In this document: one piece after another, positions 47,653-56,950 of the stretch | How positions within the stretch are numbered: position 1 is the stretch's first letter | Layout of the letters: each line of letters begins with the position of its first letter | Source of the DNA: Candidatus Krumholzibacteriia bacterium | Lineage (GTDB): Bacteria > Krumholzibacteriota > Krumholzibacteriia > LZORAL124-64-63 | NCBI GenBank assembly: GCA_050174015.1 | Contig: JBFXKG010000002.1 | Span: 96,001-160,000, forward strand | DNA: 64,000 bases | Direction: 5' to 3' | Translations under genes and position numbers: made by a program | The notes under the pieces: generated by a model | The model's input: only the letters and a program-made list of their open reading frames with translations | Told to the model about the DNA's origin: nothing | Databases searched by the model: none

Positions 47653-48372
47653 TCACTGCCTGGAGGCGACGAAGTAGAACGTGTCCCCGGGTGCGTAGCG
47701 CCGGAAGGGGTACAGGATGGCCTTCTTGAGGCGAAGGGCGAGGTCCACCGGGGTCCAGGGCTGGACCAGCCCCAGCTTCCGGACGGTGAACTTTCCTTCG
47801 AGAGTTCCCAGAAGCTTGGCCCGGTCGAAGCTCTGCCGGTGGCCGATCCGGTGGAACTCGTGACCGCAGCTGGGGCAGCACACCATGCTGCGGACCAGGT
47901 TCTCCTGGTTGGGCACCGTGCCCACGAGGATGCCGCCGTCGCGGAGGGCGGCGTGGATGTTCTCCAGGGCCTGGCGGTAGGCCTCCTCGTCGACGTGCTC
48001 GAGGATGTCCAGGCAGAAGACCGCGTCCAGTTCCCCCAGGGGATAGCCGCCGGGATCGGCGATGTCGGCCTGGATGAACCGGATGGTCCTGCCTTCGGCC
48101 GCCGTCCGTTCGCCCAGGCGTTCCACCAGATAGCCCGAGAGGTCCAGCCCGGTCACGGACATCCCCGCGTCGTGGAGCTTGCGAACCAGGTAGCCTTCGC
48201 CCAGACCGAATTCGGCGACCTTCATGCCCTGGCGCAGGAACTGCCGGGCCTTGCCGAACACGAAATCGATCTTGGGCCGGTTGCCCTGGAAGACGCCGCG
48301 GCCGCCCTCGAGGTTCATGCGTCCGATGTAGTCTTCGCTGCCGATGCGGTGGTCGGATCGGGGGGTGTCCAT
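47653..48372 (-). CDS. Class I SAM-dependent methyltransferase
   Basis: VAEFGLGEG, GLDLS and LDAVFCLDILEH. CPSCG motif after TVPN. Confidence 0.85.
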   Translation of the reverse strand: MDTPRSDHRIGSEDYIGRMNLEGGRGVFQGNRPKIDFVFGKARQFLRQGMKVAEFGLGEGYLVRKLHDAGMSVTGLDLSGYLVERLGERTAAEGRTIRFIQADIADPGGYPLGELDAVFCLDILEHVDEEAYRQALENIHAALRDGGILVGTVPNQENLVRSMVCCPSCGHEFHRIGHRQSFDRAKLLGTLEGKFTVRKLGLVQPWTPVDLALRLKKAILYPFRRYAPGDTFYFVASRQ

Positions 48373-48426
48373 GTCCTGTCCCGTCGTTGGAGGTGGTCCG
48401 GGAAGGAGGTCCCGGGCGGCGGACCG

Positions 48427-48455
48427 ATCCTAGAGCCGTCCCGCGGCGGTGTCAA
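48427..48455 (-). promoter_or_regulatory. sigma70 promoter for the methyltransferase
   Basis: Minus strand TTGACA-N17-TAGGAT. Confidence 0.6.
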
Positions 48456-48571
48456 CGATCGGGCCCGGCCGGAAAAAAGTCCGCTTGCTTTCGGCGGCAT
48501 GGACGTAAATTGATCAAGTGTCGCCGCCCGTCCCGAGGCGGCCGGACCCTGGTCAACGAAGGGAAGACGTC

Positions 48572-49321
48572 TTGAATCGACTGCTGATCGCCGCCGCCGT
48601 TCTCGTCGCCTGGGCAGGGGCCCTTCCCGCCGCGGCCGGCGGGCCGGACACCGGGTTCTTCCTGGGCGGGGGAGCCCACCTGACCTGGATCGACGGGGGC
48701 GGGACCTGGGACACCTACGACTTCCGGATCGACCGGCCCCTCTCCGACGAGAACGGCAACACCCTGGGGCTGAACTGGACCGACCACGTGATCCTGGGCC
48801 TGAAACCCATGATCGGCTACCGGGTCAGCCGGGGGGTCACCTTCCAGGTCAGCACGTCGCTGAACATCGCCAAGTCGTCCCAGCAGCAGTATTCCGAGGC
48901 CTACGGCGCGGCCTACTACGAGTCCGGCATGAACGTGGAGTGGAAGCAACGCGACACGGAGATCCTGGCGGTGTTCCATACGGATTCGAACCTGGGGTTC
49001 TTCTACTACGCGGGCGTGGATCTGGTCGCCGTCACCACCGACATCCTGCTGTACGAAGGGGTGGAGTACTCCGACGTCATCGGCGACCTGATCTCCTCCA
49101 TCGACTACCAGGACAACTCCGACTCGATCTCCGCCACGGGCCTGGTGGTGGGGGCGGGAGTGGAGATCCCCTCGGGGAGCCGGACCACGGCGGCCTTCCT
49201 CTCGGCCCAGTACTCCTACGCCAGGACCGACGACACCTTCTTCGGCACCGAAGGCTTCAAGGTCAACGTGGGCGGGTTCTCGTTCATGGCCGGCGTCAAG
49301 TGGTTCCCCTTCGCCAGGTAG
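48572..49321 (+). CDS. Small outer-membrane beta-barrel protein
   Basis: Probable TTG start. Signal peptide, alternating amphipathic strands and C-terminal FMAGVKWF. Confidence 0.7.
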   Translation: MNRLLIAAAVLVAWAGALPAAAGGPDTGFFLGGGAHLTWIDGGGTWDTYDFRIDRPLSDENGNTLGLNWTDHVILGLKPMIGYRVSRGVTFQVSTSLNIAKSSQQQYSEAYGAAYYESGMNVEWKQRDTEILAVFHTDSNLGFFYYAGVDLVAVTTDILLYEGVEYSDVIGDLISSIDYQDNSDSISATGLVVGAGVEIPSGSRTTAAFLSAQYSYARTDDTFFGTEGFKVNVGGFSFMAGVKWFPFAR

Positions 49322-49408
49322 GATCCCCGCCGAAGGTTGCGGCTTCCGGGGCCTGGGCGATCATGTGGAACGACCGAGCCGCTTCCACATCCAGCCCTGG
49401 AGTCAGCC

Positions 49409-49711
49409 ATGTACGTCGCCATGAACCGGTTCCGCATCGCCAGGGGCCGTGAAGGGACCTTCGAGGAGATCTGGCGCACCCGCGATTCCAAACTCCACGA
49501 GGTTCCGGGTTTCCTGGACTTCCACCTCCTGCGCGGGGATTCCGGCCCGGACGCCACGGTGATGATCTCCCATTCGGTGTGGGAATCGCGCGAGGCCTTC
49601 GTCGCCTGGACGGAGTCGGAGGCCTTCCGCCGTGCTCACCGGGAGGCCAGATCGCCCGAGGGCACGGTGCTCGGTCCGCCGCAGTTCGAGGGATTCGAGG
49701 TCGTGCTGTAG
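49409..49711 (+). CDS. ABM/IsdG-HmoA-like monooxygenase, possibly heme-degrading
   Basis: GGAG RBS. MYVAMNRF, VPGFLDFHLL, WESREAFVAWTESEAFRRAH and PQFEGFE. Confidence 0.85.
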   Translation: MYVAMNRFRIARGREGTFEEIWRTRDSKLHEVPGFLDFHLLRGDSGPDATVMISHSVWESREAFVAWTESEAFRRAHREARSPEGTVLGPPQFEGFEVVL

Positions 49712-49715
49712 GGTC

Positions 49716-51029
49716 TCAGTCCCGTTCGTGGACCACCCTGCCGGCGACGATGGTCGCCCGCGCCGGTTCGGGATGGCACAGCAGCAGCGCGGCGATGGGG
49801 TCGTCCGCCCCGTCGTACCCGATGGCCTCCAGATCGAACACCGCCAGGTCGCAGGCCTTGCCCGCTGCCAGGGAGCCGGCGTCCTCGCGCCCCAGGCAGC
49901 CGGCGCCGCCGAGGGTCGCCATCTCCAGGACCTCGCCGACGGACATGGCCGCCGCGCCGCCGATCACCCGGTGCAGCAGCAGGGCCTGCCGCAATTCGGC
50001 CAGCAGGTTCGAGCTGTCGTTGCTCGCCGAGCCGTCCACCGCCAGGCCCACCGGGCAGCCGGCGGCGCGCAGGTCCCTCACCCGGCACACCCCCGAACCC
50101 AGCCGCATGTTGGACGAGGGGCAGTGGGCGACGGCGATGCCGGCCCGGCCGAGCCGGGCGACCTCCTCGTCGTTGAACCAGATGCCGTGGGCGAGCCAGA
50201 CGTCGTCGCCGATCCAGTCCACGTCCTCCAGGAAGTCCAGGGGCCGCCGGCCGTAGATGCGGCTGCAGTAGTCGTCCTCGTCGCGGGTCTCGGCCAGGTG
50301 GGTGTGAAGCCGGACCCCGTGCCGGCGGGCCAGCAGGGCCGTGTCGCGCATGAGTTCGGGGCTCACCGAGAACGGCGAACAGGGCGCCAACGCCACCCGC
50401 ACCATGGCGCCGGGCGCCGGATCGTGGAACTTCGCGATGACCCGCTCGCTGTCGGCCAGGATGGTGTCGGGATCCTGGACCACGGTGTCGGGCGGCAGGC
50501 CGCCGTCCTTCTGCGACCGGCTCATGCTGCCCCGGGTGGGGTGGAACCTGATGCCCGCCCGGGACGCCGCTTCGATGGTGATGTCGATCAGTTCGGGCGA
50601 GGCGTCGCGCGGGAACAGGTAGTGGTGGTCGGTGGTCAGGGTGCACCCGCTGCGTAGCAGTTCCCGGAAACCCACCAGGGCGCCGGTGAGGAACTGGTCG
50701 TCCTTCAGCTCGGCCCAGACCGGATACAGGGTGGTCAGCCAATCGAAGAGTTCGCTGTCGACGGCCTCCTTCCAGGCCCGCGTGCGGGTCTGGAACAGGT
50801 GGTGGTGGGTGTTGATCAGACCCGGCAGGACGACGCACCCGGAGGCGTCGAAGGTCCGGAACTCCTCCCTGGGGGTTCCGGCGATGGTCGCGGGCGGGGT
50901 CCCCGCGCCGACGGCGGTGATCAGGCCGTCTTCGGCGGCGACCCAGCCGTCTTCCAGGACGGCGCGCCGGTCGTCCATGGTGACCAGTCGGTGGGCGCCT
51001 TGGAGCAGGAACTTGCGGTCGGCATGCAT
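49716..51029 (-). CDS. 8-oxoguanine deaminase-like amidohydrolase
   Basis: GGAG RBS. NTHHHLFQ, HPTRGSMS, APCSPFSVS, HTHLAET, HCPSSNMRLGSG and DGSASND. Confidence 0.88.
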   Translation of the reverse strand: MHADRKFLLQGAHRLVTMDDRRAVLEDGWVAAEDGLITAVGAGTPPATIAGTPREEFRTFDASGCVVLPGLINTHHHLFQTRTRAWKEAVDSELFDWLTTLYPVWAELKDDQFLTGALVGFRELLRSGCTLTTDHHYLFPRDASPELIDITIEAASRAGIRFHPTRGSMSRSQKDGGLPPDTVVQDPDTILADSERVIAKFHDPAPGAMVRVALAPCSPFSVSPELMRDTALLARRHGVRLHTHLAETRDEDDYCSRIYGRRPLDFLEDVDWIGDDVWLAHGIWFNDEEVARLGRAGIAVAHCPSSNMRLGSGVCRVRDLRAAGCPVGLAVDGSASNDSSNLLAELRQALLLHRVIGGAAAMSVGEVLEMATLGGAGCLGREDAGSLAAGKACDLAVFDLEAIGYDGADDPIAALLLCHPEPARATIVAGRVVHERD

Positions 51030-51080
51030 CGGGTTCTCCAGACTGCAGGAACGGGTGTTCGGAAAAAGAAGGGAAGCCGT

Positions 51081-51108
51081 TTGCCTTCCCCGCCCGTTAA
51101 AGTATAAT
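51081..51108 (+). promoter_or_regulatory. sigma70 promoter for the Xdh-type operon
   Basis: TTGCCT-N16-TATAAT. Confidence 0.55.
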
Positions 51109-51203
51109 CCAATCAGCGGGGACGCCACCGGAAGCCAAGCGTATTCATGGGCTTTCCGCGTTTCCATGGTTGCGGCCGCCGGGGTCGCCAAGGAGTCGGC
51201 ATC

Positions 51204-52085
51204 ATGTGGGATCTGAAGGAATACCGCTACGCATCCTCGCCGGAGGACGCGGTCGCCCTGCTGCGGAAGGGGCCGGGCAAGGGCATGTTCATCGCCGGCG
51301 GCACCGACCTGCTGCTGTTCCCGCCGCCGTGCGATTTCGTGGTCGACGTCAACGGCGCGGGCATCGACCGCCTGGCGGCCACTCCGGACGGGGACCTCTT
51401 CCTGGGCGCGGCGGCCACCCTGCACCTGGTCGCCACCCATCCCCTGGTGACGGGTTTCGCCGGCGGCGCCGTCAGCCAAGCGGCGGCCCACTGCGGCAAC
51501 CGCCCGGTGCGCTCCACCGCCACCCTCGGCGGCAACCTGTGCAACGCCCTGCCCTCGGCCGACATGGCGCCGGTCCTGATCGCCCTGGATGCGACCTGCT
51601 ACATCGCGGACGTGGACAACCAGGAGAGCATGCCTTTGGTGGACTTCTTCACGGGCCCCCGGCGCACGGTCCTGGGTGACCGGCTGCTGGTGGGGGTGGC
51701 CCTGCCCGCCGAGGCCGGACGCCGGGCCTGCCGCAGCCGCAAGCTGACCCGATCTGCCGAGGACATCTCCCTGGTCCAGGTGGCCGTCGCCCTCGGAACG
51801 GAGGAGGGCAGGCTGGATCAGGTCCGCATCGCCCTGGGCGCCGTCGCTCCGGTGCCCCTGCGTGCAGGGCTGGCCGAGACGGCCCTGACGGACCTGGATT
51901 ATCACTCCGATTGCACCGCGGCCGTTGCGGACGCCGCCGAGATCGCCGCGGGCGAATGCGATCCCATCGGCGACCACCGCGCGTCGGCCGAGTACCGGCG
52001 GGACATGGTCAGGGTGCTGACGCGGCGGCTGATCGCCGAGTGTCTCGACGACCTGCGCCGGGGCGGCCATGGAGGTGAGGCATGA
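51204..52085 (+). CDS. Xanthine dehydrogenase-family FAD-binding subunit
   Basis: AAGGAG RBS. IAGGTDL, VRSTATLGGNLCNALPSAD and DHRASAEYRR. Confidence 0.9.
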   Translation: MWDLKEYRYASSPEDAVALLRKGPGKGMFIAGGTDLLLFPPPCDFVVDVNGAGIDRLAATPDGDLFLGAAATLHLVATHPLVTGFAGGAVSQAAAHCGNRPVRSTATLGGNLCNALPSADMAPVLIALDATCYIADVDNQESMPLVDFFTGPRRTVLGDRLLVGVALPAEAGRRACRSRKLTRSAEDISLVQVAVALGTEEGRLDQVRIALGAVAPVPLRAGLAETALTDLDYHSDCTAAVADAAEIAAGECDPIGDHRASAEYRRDMVRVLTRRLIAECLDDLRRGGHGGEA

Positions 52086-52549
52086 CCATCGAACTGATCC
52101 TCGACGGCAGGCGGACGGCCCTGGAGATCCTGCCGGGACAGAACCTCCTGCAGGCCCTGCGCGGGGCGGCCCGGTTCTCGGTGAAGCTGGGCTGCGAGAC
52201 CGGCGACTGCGGATCGTGCACGGTCCTCCTGGACGGAGAGCCGGTGAACTCCTGCGTCGTGGCTGCGGCCCGCGCCGCCGGCCGGAGCGTCATGACCCTC
52301 GAAGGCCTGCTGGGCGATCCCCTGATGCAGCGCCTGCAGCGGGAACTGGTGGAGAAGGGCGCGGTGCAGTGCGGCTATTGCTCGCCGGGCATGCTCATCA
52401 GCCTGTACGCCCTGCTCCAACAGGAGGAGGCTCCCACGGACCGGGACGTCCGCGAGGCCCTCTCGGGCAACCTCTGCCGCTGCACCGGCTACGTCAAACC
52501 CGTCGAGGCCGCCCTGGCGGTCGCCGCCGCCCTGGGGGGTGGGGCATGA
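52082..52549 (+). CDS. Xanthine dehydrogenase-family 2x[2Fe-2S] subunit
   Basis: GCETGDCGSCTV...NSC, QCGYCSPG and NLCRCTGY. Confidence 0.93.
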   Translation: MTIELILDGRRTALEILPGQNLLQALRGAARFSVKLGCETGDCGSCTVLLDGEPVNSCVVAAARAAGRSVMTLEGLLGDPLMQRLQRELVEKGAVQCGYCSPGMLISLYALLQQEEAPTDRDVREALSGNLCRCTGYVKPVEAALAVAAALGGGA

Positions 52550-54843
52550 ACAAGGTCGTCGGCACCAACGTCACCAAGATCGACGCGGTCAAGCTGGCCC
52601 GCGGCGAACCCGTCTTCACCGACGACCACCGCCCTCCGGGGATGCTCTACGCCAAGGTCCTGCGTTCGCCCCACGCCCACGCGCGCATCCTCGAGGTCGA
52701 TGCCACAGCAGCGCTCGCGGTGGACGGAGTCGTGGACGTCATCTGGCACCGGGACACCAAGCCCATCCTGCACACGCGCGCGGGGCAGAGCTACCCCGAA
52801 CCCTCGCCCTACGACACCGTGATGATGCCCGAGAAGGCGCGCTTCATCGGGGACCGGGTGGCCGTCGTGGCGGCCGAGACCCTGATCGCCGCGGAACGGG
52901 CCCTGAAGCTGATCGAGGTGAAGTACGAGGTGCTCGAGGCCGTCACCGACATGGACGAGGCCCTGCGGCGCACCGACCTGCTGATCCACGAGACGCCCGA
53001 CCCGCGCGGCATCAGCCAGGCCGGACGGAGCAACCTCGCCGCCCACATCGACAAGCAGGTGGGCGACGTGGACGCAGCGCTGAAGACCTGCGACCTGGTC
53101 GTCGAGCGGACCTACTTCCTGCCCAAGGTGCAGGCCAGCCACATCGAACCCCACGTCAGCATGGCCTGGGTCGACGAGGACGACCGGCTGATCGTCCGCA
53201 CCAGCACCCAGATCCCGTTTCACCTGCGCCGCATGCTGGCCCGCATCCTGGAGATCCCCGAGGCGCGCATCCGCGTGATCAAACCCCGGGTCGGCGGAGG
53301 CTTCGGCGACAAGCAGGAGCTGGTGGTCGAGGATTTGGTTTCCTTCCTCGCCCTGCGCCTGCGCCGGCCGGTGCGCCTGGAGTTCACCCGCCACGAGGAA
53401 CTGGTGGCCGCGCGGTTGCGCCATTCCCAGCGCATCGTGATGACCACGGGGGTGATGAAGGACGGGACCATCGTCGCCAACCGGATGCACGTGACCGCGG
53501 ACACCGGAGCCTACGGCAGTCACGCCCTGACCGTCCAGGGCAACACCGGCCAGAAGGTGCTGCCCATGTACCCGGCGCCGAACATCCACTTCATCGTGGA
53601 CTGCGCCTACACCAACAACCCCATCAGCGGGGCCTTCCGCGGCTACGGCGCGCCCCAGGGCTGCTTCGCCCTGGAGTGCCACATCGACGAGGTGGCGCGC
53701 GAACTGGGCCTGGACCGCCTGGAGTTGCGGAAGAAGAACCACATCCGCCTGGGCGACACCGATCCCCTGAGCGCCAAGCTGGGCGAGGGCAAGGAGGGCC
53801 TGGTCCGCGTGGTCCACAGCACCAGCCTCGAGGAGTGCATCAGGCGCGGTTGCGAGGCCATCGGCTGGGAAGACAGGCGTCCGCCCACGCAGCCCTGCTT
53901 CAAGCGCGGCCTGGGCATGGCCCTGGCCATGCAGGGTTCGGGCATCGCAGGGGTCGACTGGGGCGGAGCCACCGTCAAGCTCAACGACGACGGCAGCGTG
54001 AACCTGACCGTGGGAGCCACCGACATCGGGCAGGGCTCGGACACGGTGCTCGCCCAGCTGTGCGCCGAGGAACTGGGCATCCCCTACGACAAGGTGCTGA
54101 TCCTCAGCTCGGACACCGACTTCACGCCGTTCGACGTGGGGGCCTACGCCAGCAGCACCACCTACGTCTCGGGCGGGGCGGTGGTCAAGGCGGCCTGCAG
54201 GTTGCGGGAACAACTGGCCGGCCTCCTCGGTACAAAGTGGGAGTGCGATCCCGGAGACCTGGTCTTCAGCGAAGGAAGGGTCACCGGGCCCCGGGGCCAA
54301 TCCATGACCATGCAGGACGTCGCCCTGTTCGCGCTCTACGAGGCGAAGATCCAGCCGATGGCGACCGAGAGCCACATGAGCAACGAATCGCCGCCCCCGT
54401 TCGCGGCCCAGTTCGCCGAAGTGGAGGTGGACACGGAGACCGGCCAGGTCTTCGTCCGGAAGTTCGTCTCGGCGGTGGATTGCGGGACCGTGGTCCATCC
54501 CCGGATGGCCGAGGGTCAGGTCGAGGGGGCGGTCGCCCAGGGCATGGGCTACGCCTTGTGGGAGGAGGTCATCGTGGACCGGGCGGGAAAAGTCTTGAAT
54601 CCGCACTTCCTGGACTACAAGATCGCCACCGCCCTGGACATGCCGGAGCTCGTCACGTTCCTGGTCGAAACCAGCGAACCCAGCGGCCCGTACGGGGCCA
54701 AGGCCGCCGGCGAGGTGCCCATCGACGGGCCGGCCCCGGCGATCGTCAACGCCATCTGCGACGCCGTCGGAGTCCGGTGCTACCGGATCCCGGCAACCCC
54801 TGAACGCGTGTGGCGCGCCATGAAGGAGCAGAAGAGTTCTTGA
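52546..54843 (+). CDS. Xanthine dehydrogenase-family molybdopterin-binding subunit
   Basis: ATGA overlap. LRSPHAHARI, STQIPF, VGGGFGDKQ, AFRGYG, GAYASSTT, EGQVEG and GAKAAGE. Confidence 0.93.
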   Translation: MNKVVGTNVTKIDAVKLARGEPVFTDDHRPPGMLYAKVLRSPHAHARILEVDATAALAVDGVVDVIWHRDTKPILHTRAGQSYPEPSPYDTVMMPEKARFIGDRVAVVAAETLIAAERALKLIEVKYEVLEAVTDMDEALRRTDLLIHETPDPRGISQAGRSNLAAHIDKQVGDVDAALKTCDLVVERTYFLPKVQASHIEPHVSMAWVDEDDRLIVRTSTQIPFHLRRMLARILEIPEARIRVIKPRVGGGFGDKQELVVEDLVSFLALRLRRPVRLEFTRHEELVAARLRHSQRIVMTTGVMKDGTIVANRMHVTADTGAYGSHALTVQGNTGQKVLPMYPAPNIHFIVDCAYTNNPISGAFRGYGAPQGCFALECHIDEVARELGLDRLELRKKNHIRLGDTDPLSAKLGEGKEGLVRVVHSTSLEECIRRGCEAIGWEDRRPPTQPCFKRGLGMALAMQGSGIAGVDWGGATVKLNDDGSVNLTVGATDIGQGSDTVLAQLCAEELGIPYDKVLILSSDTDFTPFDVGAYASSTTYVSGGAVVKAACRLREQLAGLLGTKWECDPGDLVFSEGRVTGPRGQSMTMQDVALFALYEAKIQPMATESHMSNESPPPFAAQFAEVEVDTETGQVFVRKFVSAVDCGTVVHPRMAEGQVEGAVAQGMGYALWEEVIVDRAGKVLNPHFLDYKIATALDMPELVTFLVETSEPSGPYGAKAAGEVPIDGPAPAIVNAICDAVGVRCYRIPATPERVWRAMKEQKSS

Positions 54844-54869
54844 AACCCCATTTACGGAGGACGGCCACG

Positions 54870-55478
54870 ATGAGGACCACGCGCATTCTTCCCGTCATGA
54901 TCCTGGCGGCCCTGCTGGCCGTGGGCGGCTGCAGCGGCGGCAAGCAGGTCACCCGGGTGGACACCGGGGAGCAGATCGACCTTTCCGGCCGCTGGAACGA
55001 CACCGACAGCCGGATGGTCTCGGCCGCTCTCGTCGGCCAGATCCTGGCCACGCCCTGGGTCGAGGACTTCCTCGCCGAGAAGGGCAAGAAGCCCACGGTG
55101 ATCATCGCCCCGGTGGCCAACAAGACCAGCGAACACATCGCCACCCAGACCCTCACCGCGGACCTCGAGCGCCAGTTCATCAACGGCGGCCGGGTCAAGG
55201 TGGTGGCCTCGGCCGAGGAACGCGACCAGGTCCGGACCGAGCGCGCGGACCAGCAGGAGTTCGCCTCGCCCGAGACCATGAAGCAGTGGGGGCGCGAGCG
55301 CGGCGCCGACTTCATGCTCATCGGCGAGATCAACACCCAGAACGACAGCGAGGAAGGCACCGAGCTGAAGTACTACCAGGTCGACTGCTACCTGGTGGAC
55401 CTCCAGGACAACACCAAGGTCTGGGCGGGATTCGAGAAGATCAAGAAGGTCGTCGGTCGCGGCAAGTACAAGCCCTGA
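54870..55478 (+). CDS. LpoB-like (COG3417-type) lipoprotein
   Basis: GGAGG RBS and lipobox VGGC. DLSGRWNDTD, NKTSEHI, GADFML.GEI and YYQV...VW. Confidence 0.75.
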   Translation: MRTTRILPVMILAALLAVGGCSGGKQVTRVDTGEQIDLSGRWNDTDSRMVSAALVGQILATPWVEDFLAEKGKKPTVIIAPVANKTSEHIATQTLTADLERQFINGGRVKVVASAEERDQVRTERADQQEFASPETMKQWGRERGADFMLIGEINTQNDSEEGTELKYYQVDCYLVDLQDNTKVWAGFEKIKKVVGRGKYKP

Positions 55479-55483
55479 TCCCG

Positions 55484-56944
55484 ATGATCGACCCTGCCCG
55501 CAGCCGGACCGGGGCGGCGCTGAGGCTCGCCGCCCTCTTCCTGGCCGGAGGCGCCCTGCTGCTGGGCGCAGCCGGCTGCGCCACGTATTCCGCCAGGATC
55601 GCCGATCTCAGACCCCAGCTCGCCGGCGGCGACTTCGCCGGTGCCCTCGAGACCGTCGAGGACAACACGGGGGGCAAGGACCGCCTGCTCTACCACCTGG
55701 AGCGGGGCACGGTCCTGCACTACGCCGACCGTTACGCCGAGAGCAACGAGGCCTTCGCCCTGGCCGAACAGCTGGCCGACGATCTCTACACCAGGTCCGT
55801 CTCCGAGGGGGCCCTGTCCCTGATCACCAACGACGGTGCCATCAGCTACCGGGCCCGTCCCTTCGAGATGGCCATGGTCCCCTACTTCAAGGCCCTGAAC
55901 TACCTCGGGCTCGGCGAGCCCGCGGAGGCCCTGGTCGAGGCCCGCCGGGCCGGCGAGGTCCAGGCCCGCTACGTCGAGGCCACCCTGGCCGCCGTCCGGG
56001 AGGAGGACCGGGGGGACCTGGCCAGGCTGCGCGCCGATCCCTTCCTGCTCTACTGGAGCGCCATGCTCTACGAGTGGGGCCGCGAGACCAACAACGCGTT
56101 CATCGCCTACCGCAACGCCGCCGTGGCCTATCAGGAACTGTCGGGCCTGCTCGAGGTGGAGATCCCGGCCTCCCTGGGCGGGGACCTCATCCGCACCGGC
56201 ACGCGCCTGGGCTTCGGGTCGGAGCTGGCCGAACTTCGGGCATCCTGCCCGGACGTCTTCGCCGCGGCCCCGGACACGGCGGCCGGCGACCGGGGCGCCA
56301 CGGGCGAGGTGGTCCTGACGATCGAGTCGGGTTACGTGCCCCAGAAGGAGCAGGTGCGGTTCGACTTCCCGGTCTTCGAGTCGGAGGACTACCGGGACCA
56401 CGACTCCTGGGCCTGGGAATACTACGGGAGCCGGGGCAACTTCCCGGCCATGGCCGGAGGCCGCAAGATCGAGTACTGGATCTCGGTGGCCGCGCCCGAG
56501 TTGAAGGATGACCGGCCGGAGGTCGTCGGCGGTTGCCGGGTCACCGCGGGAATCACCGGAAGCCATGCCACAGGCGCCAGGGTGGCGAATCTCGCCCGGG
56601 AGGCCCGCATCACCTTCGATGCGGAGAAACCCAGCATCTTCTTCAAGACCATTCTGCGCGGCCTGACCAAGTACCTCGCCACCCGGCAGGCGAAGAAGTC
56701 GGGGGGGACCGTCGCCGGGGTGCTCACCAACCTCTTCGGGGCCGCGATCGAGAAGGCGGATACGCGCAGCTGGCTGACGTTGCCCGAGTCGATCCGGATG
56801 GTCCGGCTGTCCCTGCCTCCGGGAACCTACGACCTCGAGGTCGAGATCCTCGATTCCCGGGGGCATCCCTTCCTTACCGACCGGCTGCCGGGCGTCACGG
56901 TGAGCGCCGGCGGTTGGACCTTCCTCTCCCGCCGCGTATTCTGA
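55484..56944 (+). CDS. COG3014-like TPR lipoprotein
   Basis: Lipobox AAGC. LLYHLERG, ESNEAF, Y.ARPFE..M, ALVEARR and EKADTRSWLTLP. Follows the LpoB-like gene. Confidence 0.7.
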   Translation: MIDPARSRTGAALRLAALFLAGGALLLGAAGCATYSARIADLRPQLAGGDFAGALETVEDNTGGKDRLLYHLERGTVLHYADRYAESNEAFALAEQLADDLYTRSVSEGALSLITNDGAISYRARPFEMAMVPYFKALNYLGLGEPAEALVEARRAGEVQARYVEATLAAVREEDRGDLARLRADPFLLYWSAMLYEWGRETNNAFIAYRNAAVAYQELSGLLEVEIPASLGGDLIRTGTRLGFGSELAELRASCPDVFAAAPDTAAGDRGATGEVVLTIESGYVPQKEQVRFDFPVFESEDYRDHDSWAWEYYGSRGNFPAMAGGRKIEYWISVAAPELKDDRPEVVGGCRVTAGITGSHATGARVANLAREARITFDAEKPSIFFKTILRGLTKYLATRQAKKSGGTVAGVLTNLFGAAIEKADTRSWLTLPESIRMVRLSLPPGTYDLEVEILDSRGHPFLTDRLPGVTVSAGGWTFLSRRVF

Positions 56945-56950
56945 GGGGAT

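Noticed and set aside
51204..54843. Selenocysteine read-through in the purine genes
   Set aside because: The TGA codons seen fall at expected protein ends, mostly in ATGA overlaps. No truncated frame needs recoding.
54870..56944. LpoB-like and COG3014-like lipoproteins as part of purine catabolism
   Set aside because: They are close to the xdh genes but form a known independent envelope gene pair, with no sequence evidence for a metabolic link.
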